Source: an uncultured Acidobacteriota bacterium
GTDB taxonomy: Bacteria; Acidobacteriota; Thermoanaerobaculia; Multivoradales; UBA5704
Direction of reading: 5' to 3'
Length of the DNA: 64,000 bases
NCBI GenBank assembly: GCA_963700145.1
Contig: OY969474.1
Location: forward strand, 4,608,001-4,672,000
Below, one piece after another: positions 9,927 through 19,149 of this stretch. The position numbers were made by a program, and so were the translations under genes. Under the pieces are notes generated by a model. That model was given only the letters and a program-made list of their open reading frames with translations. It had not been told where the DNA came from and did no database searches. The first letter of the stretch is position 1. Each line of letters starts with the position of its first letter.

Positions 9927-10424
9927 CTACTTCGGCTTGAGCTGGACGGTCAGGCTCTTCGCCACCGGCAGCCCCGGCACCGGGCCGAGAGGGCGCGAGA
10001 CCTCGACCCCCTCCTCCGTCTTGACCTCGACCCAGGTGGCTTCTTTGAGGGTGACCTCGACGGTGAGCTTGCCGTCCGCCGGCGCGGGACGGCCGCTCTC
10101 GGTGGTCCAGAAGTTGTAGAGGCGGACCTCGGAGACCTGGCCCGGGGGGAGGTTCTGGAGGTAGAGCTGGTTGGCGTAGACGGCGAGCGCCTGGCCGTTG
10201 AGCTTGACCTCGAAGGCGAGGCGCGAGGCGACGCGGTCGCCGCCGTTCTTGACCTTGACCCGCAGCTTGCAGAGGGTGTCGGCGGCCGGGGCGGCCGGCT
10301 CGATCGCCACCTCCTCGAGCCCGAGCGGCGAGGGGGGAGGGGCGGCGGCCGGCGGCTGGGCGCCGGCGGCCGCGGCGGCGGAGAGGAGGACGAATGACAG
10401 CATGCGCGCGAGGGACGACGACAT
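9927..10424 (-). CDS. Secreted Ig-like (CARDB-like) hypothetical protein
   Basis: Signal peptide; LRVKVKNGG beta-rich domain. Confidence 0.7.
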   Translation of the reverse strand: MSSSLARMLSFVLLSAAAAAGAQPPAAAPPPSPLGLEEVAIEPAAPAADTLCKLRVKVKNGGDRVASRLAFEVKLNGQALAVYANQLYLQNLPPGQVSEVRLYNFWTTESGRPAPADGKLTVEVTLKEATWVEVKTEEGVEVSRPLGPVPGLPVAKSLTVQLKPK

Positions 10425-10442
10425 GAGCGGAATGATACAGGC

Positions 10443-11126
10443 ATGAAGCGCTCCCGCGGCCGCATCCTCCGCCTGCCGCAGGAGGAGTACCTCGAGCGCC
10501 TGCTGCCGCCGCGCGACCCGCTGCTCGCCGAGATGGAGGCCGAGGCGGCGCGCGACGGGGTGCCGATCTCCGACCCCGAGGTCGGGCGCCTGCTGGAGAT
10601 CCTGGCGCGCGCCACCGGGGCACGCTCGATCGTCGAGGTGGGGACCGCCATCGGCTACGGCGCCCTCTGCCTGGCGCGCGGCGCGCCGGAGGCGCGGGTG
10701 GTGACGATCGACACCGACCCGGCGCGCCTCGCCCGCGCCCGCGGGTACCTCGAGCGGGCCGGCGTCGCCGAGCGGGTGGAGCTGGTGGAAGGGGCGGCGC
10801 TCGACGTGCTGCCGCGCCTGCCGCCGGGGATCGACCTCGCCTACCTCGACGCGCTCAAGACCGAGTACCGGCGCTGCCTCGACCTGCTGCTGCCGCGCCT
10901 GCGCGTCGGCGGCCTGGTGGTGATCGACAACCTGCTCTGGGGGGGCGACGTGGCGGAGCCGTCCGACGAGGCGGAGGACGACCCGGACACCGCGGCCATC
11001 CGCGCCTTCAACCCCTACCTGATGATCCACCCGCAGCTGCGGGCCGTCGTGCTGCCGCTCGGCGACGGCGTCGGCCTGGCGACCAAGACCAAGCCGGTGA
11101 TGACCGAGCTGGGCGGGCCGTTCTAG
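10443..11126 (+). CDS. Class I SAM O-methyltransferase (CCoAOMT/YrrM-like)
   Basis: VEVGTAIGYG, YLDA.K, VIDNLLWGG, GDGV. Confidence 0.93.
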   Translation: MKRSRGRILRLPQEEYLERLLPPRDPLLAEMEAEAARDGVPISDPEVGRLLEILARATGARSIVEVGTAIGYGALCLARGAPEARVVTIDTDPARLARARGYLERAGVAERVELVEGAALDVLPRLPPGIDLAYLDALKTEYRRCLDLLLPRLRVGGLVVIDNLLWGGDVAEPSDEAEDDPDTAAIRAFNPYLMIHPQLRAVVLPLGDGVGLATKTKPVMTELGGPF

Positions 11127-11155
11127 GCGCGAAGGCGCGCCGGGCTCCAATCAGC

Positions 11156-13738
11156 TCAGGTCGCCAGCTCGCTGCGCACCGCCAGCAGCCGCTCGCGCAG
11201 CGCCGCCGCGTCGGCGGGCCGGCGGTTGACGTCGCGGTGCAGGGCGGCGCGGAAGAAGCGGACGAGCGGCTCGGGCGCGTCGGGCCGCCCGGCGGTCAGG
11301 TCGGGCACCCGGCCCATCAGGATCTTCGCCATCACCTGCTTGACCTCCGCGCCGCGGAAGAGCTTGCCGCCGATCAGGCACTCGTAGAGGACGACGCAAA
11401 GGCTCCAGAGGTCGAAGGTCGGCGCCGCCGGCTCCTTTTGCAGCGCCTCGGGCGAGAGGTAGGAGAGGGTGCCGACGAGCCGGCGGGTAGGGGTCGTCAG
11501 GCTGTCCGGCTCCCCCTCGATCAAGGTCGGGTCCTGCTCGGTCTCCTCCAGCCACACGGCGGAGGGACTGGAGGCGGAGCTGTCGTCGGTGCGCGTGTCG
11601 AGCCTGCGTCGGGCGATGCCGAAGTCCATCAGCTTGGGCACGCCGTCCCTGGTGAAGCCGATGTTGTTGGGCTTGACGTCGCGGTGCAGGATGCCGGCGG
11701 CGTGGAGGCGCTCGAGCGCGCCGGCCATGGCGATCCCCAGCTCCACGGTCTCGCACGGCCCCAGGGCCCCCTGCTCGATCCGCTGCCCGAGCGTGCCGCC
11801 TTCGAGCAGCTCGAGGATCAGGATCGGGTTCCTCTGCCAGGTGTCCACGCCGTAGATCCCGGCCAGGTGCGGGTGCACCACCTTGGCGGCGGCGCGCGCC
11901 TCTTGCCGCAGGATGAGCGCGTGCTCGGGGGAGATGCGGCGCAGGGTCTTGATCGCCACCGTGCGGCCGAGCGACAGATCGCAGGCGCGGTAGACCAGCC
12001 CCATGCCGCCGACGCCGATCCGCCGCTCGAAGCGGAACTTGTTGGGCGGCAGCACGTAGGGGACGTGCGCCTCCTCCAGCCGCCGGCTGTCCTCGCTACA
12101 GAAGACGGTGTGGGCGAGGAACACCCGGCCGCACTTCGGGCACTCCCGCCCGTTCTCGCCCGCCGGTGCCGCCGCCGGCCGGTACGGCTCCGCCCCGCGC
12201 GCCGAATCGGCGATGTCGCGCAACAGATGCTTGTCCTCCTTGAGGAAAGCGAGGCCGCTCTTCTTGGCCCCGAGCGCGATGGCCCCAAGGAGGGTTCCGT
12301 CCCGCGCCGGGATGGGGGCGATCAGACGCAGCCGGTTCTCGGCCAGCCAGTGGCGATCGGCCTCGGGGAGCCGGCCGAGCGCGGCGGCGGGCTCCTCCGG
12401 GTCGATCTCCAGCAGCTCGACGCTCTCGGCGATCAGCAGGGCGAGCGGCGAGGAGGCGTCGATCTTGCGCCGGCGGTCGAGGGGGTCGACGTATTGGGCG
12501 GTGCGCTGTTCCTCGACCAGCACGGAGCAGGCTTCGAGGTGGAGGGCGCGGTCCACCTCGCGGCAGGTCAGCTCGGCCAGCTCCTTGGCGTCGTGCACCC
12601 AACGGATGCGGTCGGCGAGCTGGGTGAGGATCTTGCGCGCGTCGTACTGCTCGCGGAAGAAACGGCGGTCGATGGCCTCGAGGATCCGCGCGCCGTAGAC
12701 GAGGGCGGCGACGCCGGCCAGCGAGCAGAGGACGAGGAGGAGACGGTTCCCCGTCATCGACTCGCGCAGCGGCTCGTCGCTGTGCAGGTAGAAGTAGACG
12801 AGGAGGACGGCGAGCGGCAGGAAGATCACGACCAGCGCCGTTCCGCGCGCCAGGGCGTACTGCACGGCGCCGCGGGCGAGGAGCTTGACGTTGAGCACCT
12901 TGTACACCAACACGGCGTAGGCGGTGGTGAAGGGGAGGGAGAGGAAGCAGACTTGGACGAACGCCGCCTGCACCGGCCCGACGGCCTCCGGAGCGAGGAA
13001 CGGCCGCAGGGGCGGCACGAGGAAGGCGACGATGTGCAGGAAGACCGGCAGCAGGGCGAGCGCGATGGCGGCGGCGAAGAGGAGAGCACGGCGGCGCTCG
13101 TCGCCGGTGGCCTTCCGCGCCTTCCAGAAGAGTGTCCCGAGGCCGAGGATCGTCAACACCATCAGCGGGATGTACTGCTCGTAGCTCGGCTTGCCGGGCG
13201 CGGCGGCGGCGAGGCTCTCGGCGCCGGAGAGGCCGCCGAGCGCGCGCCCCAGGCGCACCAGCTGCCAGGCGAAGAGCGCGAAGCCCACGACGAGCGCCGC
13301 CCGCGCGCCCCAGCGCAGCCACCGGCGCATGCGGTAGGAGGCCGCGGTGCGCGGGAAGTCGCGCGCGAAGAGCCAGAAGAAGTACGGGAAGAAGGCGTCC
13401 ACGTGCAGGCTGCGCAGGAGGAGCGCCGGCTCGGCGAGGGCGCGCGGCGCCGAGCCGACCAGGACCAGCAGCCAGCGGTTGGTGAACGAGGTCGCGAGGA
13501 GAAGGTAGAAGGTGCCGAGGTGGACTGCGCGGCGGTCGTTCCGGCCGGTGACCAGCAGCGCGGCGCCCGCCGTCGCGAGCGCCGTCAGGATGAGCATTGT
13601 CATCTGGCGCGATGGAATGAGCCCCGCGAACGCGAGACGGATGGCGGCGGGCTCGCCGAAGACGAGCCCCGCCACCGCGCCCACCACCTGTAGGGCGGAA
13701 ACCACCAGCAGCACGCGGTGCCAGGGCTTGAGAGTCAA
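11156..13738 (-). CDS. Multi-pass membrane Hanks-type Ser/Thr kinase with GAF-like domain and Zn-ribbon
   Basis: About 9 TM helices, IDRRFFREQYD, CPKCG...CSED, IGVGGMG, AIK, HRDVKPNN, DFG, GTLSYLSPE. Confidence 0.93.
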   Translation of the reverse strand: MTLKPWHRVLLVVSALQVVGAVAGLVFGEPAAIRLAFAGLIPSRQMTMLILTALATAGAALLVTGRNDRRAVHLGTFYLLLATSFTNRWLLVLVGSAPRALAEPALLLRSLHVDAFFPYFFWLFARDFPRTAASYRMRRWLRWGARAALVVGFALFAWQLVRLGRALGGLSGAESLAAAAPGKPSYEQYIPLMVLTILGLGTLFWKARKATGDERRRALLFAAAIALALLPVFLHIVAFLVPPLRPFLAPEAVGPVQAAFVQVCFLSLPFTTAYAVLVYKVLNVKLLARGAVQYALARGTALVVIFLPLAVLLVYFYLHSDEPLRESMTGNRLLLVLCSLAGVAALVYGARILEAIDRRFFREQYDARKILTQLADRIRWVHDAKELAELTCREVDRALHLEACSVLVEEQRTAQYVDPLDRRRKIDASSPLALLIAESVELLEIDPEEPAAALGRLPEADRHWLAENRLRLIAPIPARDGTLLGAIALGAKKSGLAFLKEDKHLLRDIADSARGAEPYRPAAAPAGENGRECPKCGRVFLAHTVFCSEDSRRLEEAHVPYVLPPNKFRFERRIGVGGMGLVYRACDLSLGRTVAIKTLRRISPEHALILRQEARAAAKVVHPHLAGIYGVDTWQRNPILILELLEGGTLGQRIEQGALGPCETVELGIAMAGALERLHAAGILHRDVKPNNIGFTRDGVPKLMDFGIARRRLDTRTDDSSASSPSAVWLEETEQDPTLIEGEPDSLTTPTRRLVGTLSYLSPEALQKEPAAPTFDLWSLCVVLYECLIGGKLFRGAEVKQVMAKILMGRVPDLTAGRPDAPEPLVRFFRAALHRDVNRRPADAAALRERLLAVRSELAT

Positions 13739-13798
13739 ACCGGCGCGAGTTTACGCGCTCTCAGCAGCAGAAAAGAACTCTCGCGCAGGCTGTGGCGA

Positions 13799-14143
13799 TC
13801 AGATCTGGCGGCACCAGGGGCAGTCGGAATCGGTCTCCACCCGGTCCGCGGCGCCGCCCGCCTTTTCGCCATCCACTCTCTTCTCCGGCGGCGACTGCTG
13901 GGCCGCCAGCCGGCCGATCGCCTGGAACTTCTCCCTCAGCTCCGCGCCCGGCGGCCCGTCCCACACCTCCCGCGGCGTCTCCACGGGCTTTCCGTCCTTG
14001 GTCTTTCCCGGCCTGACGATCCATCCGAAATAGCGTTTGGTGAGCGCGTCCACGGCGCTCTGCTCGAGCTCCCTGCCCACGCTCTTGGCCCCGGCCTCGA
14101 CCGCGCTGACGATGTCGGCGAACACTTCCTCTTGTGTCGGCAT
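13799..14143 (-). CDS. Small helical hypothetical protein ending DCPWCRQI
   Basis: GGGAG RBS, ATG start, own promoter, directly upstream of the kinase. Confidence 0.8.
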   Translation of the reverse strand: MPTQEEVFADIVSAVEAGAKSVGRELEQSAVDALTKRYFGWIVRPGKTKDGKPVETPREVWDGPPGAELREKFQAIGRLAAQQSPPEKRVDGEKAGGAADRVETDSDCPWCRQI

Positions 14144-14253
14144 GACGATCTCCCTACCAGACGTTCATGTTCAAAGAACTCTTGTTCGGGCTGGACCCAC
14201 ACGGTCCAACCCCAAGAAAACATGCGATTTCCCTGGCCAGGAAAAACTTTCGA

Positions 14254-14282
14254 ATTGTACCGCCCCGTACCGAGGGTGTCCA
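14254..14282 (-). promoter_or_regulatory. Sigma70-type promoter TGGACA-N17-TACAAT
   Basis: Near-consensus hexamers with exact 17-bp spacing, about 110 bp upstream of the ATG at 14143. Confidence 0.65.
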
Positions 14283-14357
14283 ATCGAGAGGTTGCAATAA
14301 GCGGGGAGGAGGATGAGACGCGGGGCCGCGGGCGCGGCCCCGCGCGTCGGGCGGAAG

Positions 14358-14963
14358 CTAGTACTTGACGCTGCAGCCGTACGGCTTGGTCGCCGCCGGA
14401 TCGGCCTGCCGGCCCGCCTGCTCAGCGGTCAGGCCGAGGTCGACGTAGTTCATCCGCTGCGGCTTCGCCTTACGGCCGCTGGGGTCGTCGTCGATGGCGC
14501 CGTTGTAGGCGATCTTCCCCTGCTCGTCGACGATGTACATGTGCGGCGTCGTCTTGGCGCCGTAGGCCTGGCCGACGGTCCCCTTGGGGTCGTAGAGCAC
14601 GGCGTAATCGACGCCGTTCTCCCGGTTCCAGGCCAAGTGCTCGGCGGGCTCGAGGTAGTTGGGGTGGCTCGCGCTGGTGCTGTTGATCGCCAGCCAGACG
14701 ACCCGCCCGTGGCGCTGCGCCAACTCGCTCATCGTCTTCTCGCGGGCGTGGCGGGCGGAGAACGGGCAGTTGGGGTTGATCCACTCGAGCACCACCACCT
14801 TGCCGGCGTAGTCCGAGAGGTTGTGCGTCTTGCCGGCCAGGTCGGGGAGGGCGAAGCCCGGGGCGGCCTCGCCCACCGCGCCCTTGGCGCAGGCCGGCGC
14901 GGCGGCGAGCAGGGCGGCGAGCGCCGCGGCGAAGGGGAGGAGGCGGAAGGTTCTGATGCGCAT
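14358..14963 (-). CDS. Exported thioredoxin-fold redoxin (AhpC/TSA-like)
   Basis: Signal peptide, EWINPNCPF, AKTTPH, YNGAID, YGCSVK. Confidence 0.92.
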   Translation of the reverse strand: MRIRTFRLLPFAAALAALLAAAPACAKGAVGEAAPGFALPDLAGKTHNLSDYAGKVVVLEWINPNCPFSARHAREKTMSELAQRHGRVVWLAINSTSASHPNYLEPAEHLAWNRENGVDYAVLYDPKGTVGQAYGAKTTPHMYIVDEQGKIAYNGAIDDDPSGRKAKPQRMNYVDLGLTAEQAGRQADPAATKPYGCSVKY

Positions 14964-14989
14964 CGGGAGTCTCCTAAAAGTCAGAACGT

Positions 14990-16711
14990 TCAGAGCTGCC
15001 CTTGGTAGGCCAGCCAGGGCGCGGCGAGCGCGCAGGCGAGGAGCCCCAACAGAAGGGCGGCCCTAAGCATACCGCCGCGCCGCGCGCGGTGGCCGAGCCA
15101 GGCGCAGAGGGCGAGGCCGAGGAGGGCGAGCTCGACGCCGGCGAGCGCCTCGCGCCCGACCCGCCGTGCCAGCAGGTGGAGGAGCCAGACGACGCCGGCC
15201 GCCGCCAGGAAGCCCAGCGCCTCCTGCAGCGCGGGGCGCGGCGCCGGTTCCGCCGCTCCCGCTCCGGCCCGCAGCTCGCGCCGGCGCCGCCACCAGGCGA
15301 AGGCGAAGCCGGGGAGGGCGACGCCGAGGGCGAGGAGCGCCGCGGCGGCCAAGCGCGCCGGCAGCTCGGAGGCGGCCAGCCTCAGCCCTACCCAGGGCGG
15401 GGTCCAGGCGAGGGCGAGGAGGGCCGCCCACGCCCCGGTGACCGCGCGCCGGCGGAGCAGCGTGAGGTCCTTCCTGCCCGGCGCCGCGTGGGGCCCGGCG
15501 AGCGGCGAACCGACCATCCCCCAGAGGTCGAGGGCGAGCGCCAGGGTGAGGACGGCGAGGAGAGCGCTCACCGCGGGGTTGGCGATCGGCGGACCCCAGC
15601 TGCCGTCGAGCGGCGGGTGGCCGGCGAGCGGCGCCAGGGCCGCGGCGCCGGCGATGGCGACGAGCGTGCCGGCGGCCTCGGCCGTGGCGCCGCGCCGGCC
15701 GCCCCCGGGCCCGCCGCCGCTCCACTGCGCGAGACGCAGGGCGAGGACCGACGGCGCGAGGTTGAGGAGCAACCCGGCGACCAGCACGAGCCAGAGCCTG
15801 GGGGGGCCGGCGCGCGGTGCGTCCGCCGCTCGCCGCCCGGAGCGCGCGCCGGCGCCGCGGCCGGCACCGACCTCGCGCCGCGCCTCCAACGCCGGCAAGG
15901 GGCCGTCGCGCCGCAGCCCGGTGGCCGTCCAGGCGAGCGCCGCGCGCTCCGGCAGCGGCCGCCCGGCCAGGAGCGGCGCCAGCGGCACCCGCCAGGCGAC
16001 GCCGTCCTCGGTCGCCCGCGCCCGCGGCCGCCCCAGCTCGAAGACCTCCTGCGGCTCAAAGAAGAGCCCCGTCCCCGCCGGCGCCGGCTCGACACCATCG
16101 AACCAGACCTCCAGCGCTGCCGCCCCACCGTTCTCCCGCACGATCGCGCCCCCGGTTTCGACCCCGGCCACCGCCTCCACCGCCCGCGGCACCCGCCCCT
16201 CCCACCGCGCCAGCAGCGGCGCCGTCCGCGCATCCTCCACGGCCTCCGCCGCGAGCGGCTGAACGAGCGTGAGCTGCGCGCGGTAGGGGATGCAGTCCAC
16301 CTCACACACCACGTAATCCACGTCCGCCGCCAGCTCCACCCGCTCCGCCCCTGCCCCCGCCAGCCGCGCCCGCAGCGGATACACCACTTCGTCCTCGTAC
16401 CCGAACGCCACCAACCCCCCCGGCAAATCGAACCGCCGAGGCGCCGGCCACAACACCCGCCCCTCCGACACCCCCTCCCCGCTCAGCGTCACCGCCGGCG
16501 GATACCCCGCGTCCCCGCTGTTCTTCCAGTAGATGTGCCACCCAGGCTCCAGCCGCACGTGCAGCCCCAACCGCAGCTCCCCCGCCGCCGCCGCATGCGG
16601 ACTAATCAACCGCACCCGAGAAGGCCCGTTCACCACCCAAGCCCCCTCAACCGCGCCGACAGGCGCAACAAAAAAGACCCAGGTAAGGGAAAACAGAACC
16701 AGTCGCGCCAT
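14990..16711 (-). CDS. DsbD-like protein (alpha domain plus degenerate TM domain)
   Basis: GWHIYWKNSGDAG, VCEVDCIP; TM region lacks the two catalytic Cys. Confidence 0.8.
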   Translation of the reverse strand: MARLVLFSLTWVFFVAPVGAVEGAWVVNGPSRVRLISPHAAAAGELRLGLHVRLEPGWHIYWKNSGDAGYPPAVTLSGEGVSEGRVLWPAPRRFDLPGGLVAFGYEDEVVYPLRARLAGAGAERVELAADVDYVVCEVDCIPYRAQLTLVQPLAAEAVEDARTAPLLARWEGRVPRAVEAVAGVETGGAIVRENGGAAALEVWFDGVEPAPAGTGLFFEPQEVFELGRPRARATEDGVAWRVPLAPLLAGRPLPERAALAWTATGLRRDGPLPALEARREVGAGRGAGARSGRRAADAPRAGPPRLWLVLVAGLLLNLAPSVLALRLAQWSGGGPGGGRRGATAEAAGTLVAIAGAAALAPLAGHPPLDGSWGPPIANPAVSALLAVLTLALALDLWGMVGSPLAGPHAAPGRKDLTLLRRRAVTGAWAALLALAWTPPWVGLRLAASELPARLAAAALLALGVALPGFAFAWWRRRRELRAGAGAAEPAPRPALQEALGFLAAAGVVWLLHLLARRVGREALAGVELALLGLALCAWLGHRARRGGMLRAALLLGLLACALAAPWLAYQGQL

Positions 16712-16763
16712 GCCGCGCGCTGCCTACCATGCGCGCCGCCCCCTGACAAGCGCAACGGCGCCA

Positions 16764-16949
16764 CCGGTCTCGGGGCCCGGAGGTCTCTGGAGCGCCGGGC
16801 GCTCCGTCCGCTCCCCCAGGCCGGCCACCGTGCGAGGCGCCGGAGCCACAAGACCGTGCCTGCGGGCAAGACGCCCCTGCACCAGCACGCGAAGCGCGGA
16901 CATCAAGGAGCGTCCGGCGCGGAGGAGAGCCTCCGGGCCCCCACACCGG
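16764..16949. other. 186-bp intergenic element with nested inverted repeats (long rod-like fold)
   Basis: CCGGT/ACCGG ends; GGGGCCCGGAGG pairs with CCTCCGGGCCCC; GCGCCGGGCGCTCC with GGAGCGTCCGGCGC; GTCCGC with GCGGAC. Confidence 0.6.
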
Positions 16950-17004
16950 AACCCCCGACGACGCGCGCCCCTCTTCCGCGCGCCCATACAATCGCCGTCC
17001 GGCC

Positions 17005-17913
17005 ATGCCCGAGCTCCCCGACATCGTGATCTACCTCGAGCGCCTAGCCCCCATCGTCCTCGGCAAGCCCCTCGAATCGATCCGCCTGTCCAGCCCCTTC
17101 CTCCTCCGCACCGTAGACCCCCCGCTCTCCGCCGCCACCAACCGCCGAGTCACCGCCTTAAGTCGCCTAGGCAAACGCATCGTCTGGACCTTGGAAGACG
17201 ACCTCCACCTCGTCTTCCACCTAATGGTCGCCGGCCGCTTCCACCTCCGCCCCCGCACCGCCAAGCTAGCCGGCAAGACCGCCCTAGCCGCCTTCGACTT
17301 CCCCGACGCCACCATTCTCCTGACCGAAGCCAGCCCCAAGAAACGCGCCTCCCTCCGCCTCGTCCGCGGCGCCGCCGACCTCGCCGCCCTCGACCCCGGC
17401 GGCCTCGAAGTCCTCACCGCCGACCTCCCCGCCTTCCGCGCCGCCCTGGCGCGCGAGAGCCACACCCTCAAGCGCGCCCTCACCGACCCGCGCCTCTTCT
17501 CCGGCATCGGCAACGCCTACTCCGACGAGATCCTCCACCGCGCCAAGCTGTCTCCGTTCAAACGCTCGACCGAGCTCGCGGACGACGAGACGGAGCGCCT
17601 CTTCGGCGCGACGCGGGCGACCCTCCTGGAATGGACCGAGCGCCTGCGCACCCAGGTGGGGGAGCGGTTCCCCGAAAAGGTCACCGCCTTCCGCCCGGAG
17701 ATGGCGGTGCACGGACGCTACGGCCTGCCGTGCCCGGACTGCGGCGCGCCCGTGCAGCGCGTCCTCTACGCCGAGAACGAGGCCAACTACTGCGCCCGCT
17801 GCCAGACCGGCGGGCGGCTCCTCGCCGACCGCGTGCTTTCGCGCCTGCTCAAGACCGATTGGCCGCGCACCCTCGAAGAGCTGGAAGAGCGCCGGGCTGC
17901 GGCGCGTGCCTGA
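17005..17913 (+). CDS. Fpg/Nei family DNA glycosylase
   Basis: MPELPD, GKR, HLM..G, SGIGNAYSDE, C-terminal CPDC...CARCQ zinc finger. Confidence 0.95.
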   Translation: MPELPDIVIYLERLAPIVLGKPLESIRLSSPFLLRTVDPPLSAATNRRVTALSRLGKRIVWTLEDDLHLVFHLMVAGRFHLRPRTAKLAGKTALAAFDFPDATILLTEASPKKRASLRLVRGAADLAALDPGGLEVLTADLPAFRAALARESHTLKRALTDPRLFSGIGNAYSDEILHRAKLSPFKRSTELADDETERLFGATRATLLEWTERLRTQVGERFPEKVTAFRPEMAVHGRYGLPCPDCGAPVQRVLYAENEANYCARCQTGGRLLADRVLSRLLKTDWPRTLEELEERRAAARA

Positions 17914-17927
17914 ACTGGAGAAAGCAC

Positions 17928-18737
17928 ATGTTCCTCGCCGCCGCCGTGCAGATGACCTCGACCTCCGACGCCGAGGCGAACTGGGAGTCGGCGCGGGAAC
18001 TGGTCGAGCGTGCCGCCGCCCACGGCGCGCGGCTCGTCGCCACCCCGGAGAACACCAACTACCTAGGGCCGCACGAGGAGAAGGTGCGCCGCGCCGAGCC
18101 GCTCGACGGGCCGACCTGCGCCCGCTTCGCCGAGCTGGCGCGCCGGCTCGGCATCCACCTCCTCCTCGGCTCCTTCAACGAGGCGAGCGGCGACGCGGCC
18201 CGCTGCTACAACACCAGCGTCCTCTTCGGACCGGACGCCGCCGTCCTCGCCGTCTACCGCAAGATCCATCTTTTCGACGTCGACGTCTCGGGCGACCTCC
18301 GCTTCTTCGAGTCCGCCACCGTGCTCCCCGGTGCCGAGACCGTGGTCGTCGACACGCCGCTCGCCCGGCTCGGCCTCTCGATCTGTTACGACCTCCGCTT
18401 CCCCGAGCTCTACCGCCGCCTGGCCGCCGCCGGCGCCGAGCTCCTCGCCGTGCCCTCGGCCTTCACCCTGACCACCGGCAAGGACCACTGGGAGCCGCTG
18501 CTGCGCGCCCGCGCCATCGAGAACCAGTGCTACGTCCTGGCGCCGGCCCAGCACGGCCGCCACGACGACCGGGGGCTCAAGGAGAGCTGGGGGCACGCGA
18601 TGCTCGTCGATCCGTGGGGGCAGGTCGTGGCCTGCGCCTCCGACGGGCCGGGGCTGGCGCTCGGCATCGTCGAGCGCAAGCGCATCGAGCGCATCCGCCG
18701 CGCCATGCCGGTGGCTCAGCACCGGCGGCTGACGTAG
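17928..18737 (+). CDS. Carbon-nitrogen hydrolase (Nit1-like amidase)
   Basis: PE, YRKIHLFDV, ICYDLRFPE, RARAIENQ. Confidence 0.95.
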   Translation: MFLAAAVQMTSTSDAEANWESARELVERAAAHGARLVATPENTNYLGPHEEKVRRAEPLDGPTCARFAELARRLGIHLLLGSFNEASGDAARCYNTSVLFGPDAAVLAVYRKIHLFDVDVSGDLRFFESATVLPGAETVVVDTPLARLGLSICYDLRFPELYRRLAAAGAELLAVPSAFTLTTGKDHWEPLLRARAIENQCYVLAPAQHGRHDDRGLKESWGHAMLVDPWGQVVACASDGPGLALGIVERKRIERIRRAMPVAQHRRLT

Positions 18738-18763
18738 AGGTGCGGTAGGCTCGATCTTCGACC

Positions 18764-19060
18764 ATGCAGGCGGACTACCAGGACTTCAAGCTGCTCTGGC
18801 TCTCGGTGCTGCCGATCACCAAGGACGCCATCCACATCTACATCGGCTTCCTGGCGCTGCTGGTGGCGCTGATCGTCTTCCGCCGGCGCATCACCTCCTA
18901 CTGGGCGCTGGTGCCGGGGCTCGTCGTGTCGCTGGCGATGGAGGTCTTCGACCTGCGCGACGGCTTCGGCTGGGGGGCGAGCCTGAAGGACCTGGTCAAC
19001 ACCAACCTGATCCCGTTCCTGCTGGTGCAGCTCGCCCGCTGGCGGCTGATCCGGCAGTAA
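18764..19060 (+). CDS. Small membrane protein
   Basis: KDAIHIYIG, three hydrophobic segments, DLVNT. Confidence 0.8.
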   Translation: MQADYQDFKLLWLSVLPITKDAIHIYIGFLALLVALIVFRRRITSYWALVPGLVVSLAMEVFDLRDGFGWGASLKDLVNTNLIPFLLVQLARWRLIRQ

Positions 19061-19149
19061 GCGGAGCCTCCGCGAGGAGCGGTTCGGGGGAGAATAGGGC
19101 GCGCTTCCGGCGTGTTATCCTTACGCCGTAATTGCGCCCCGGTTTCCCG

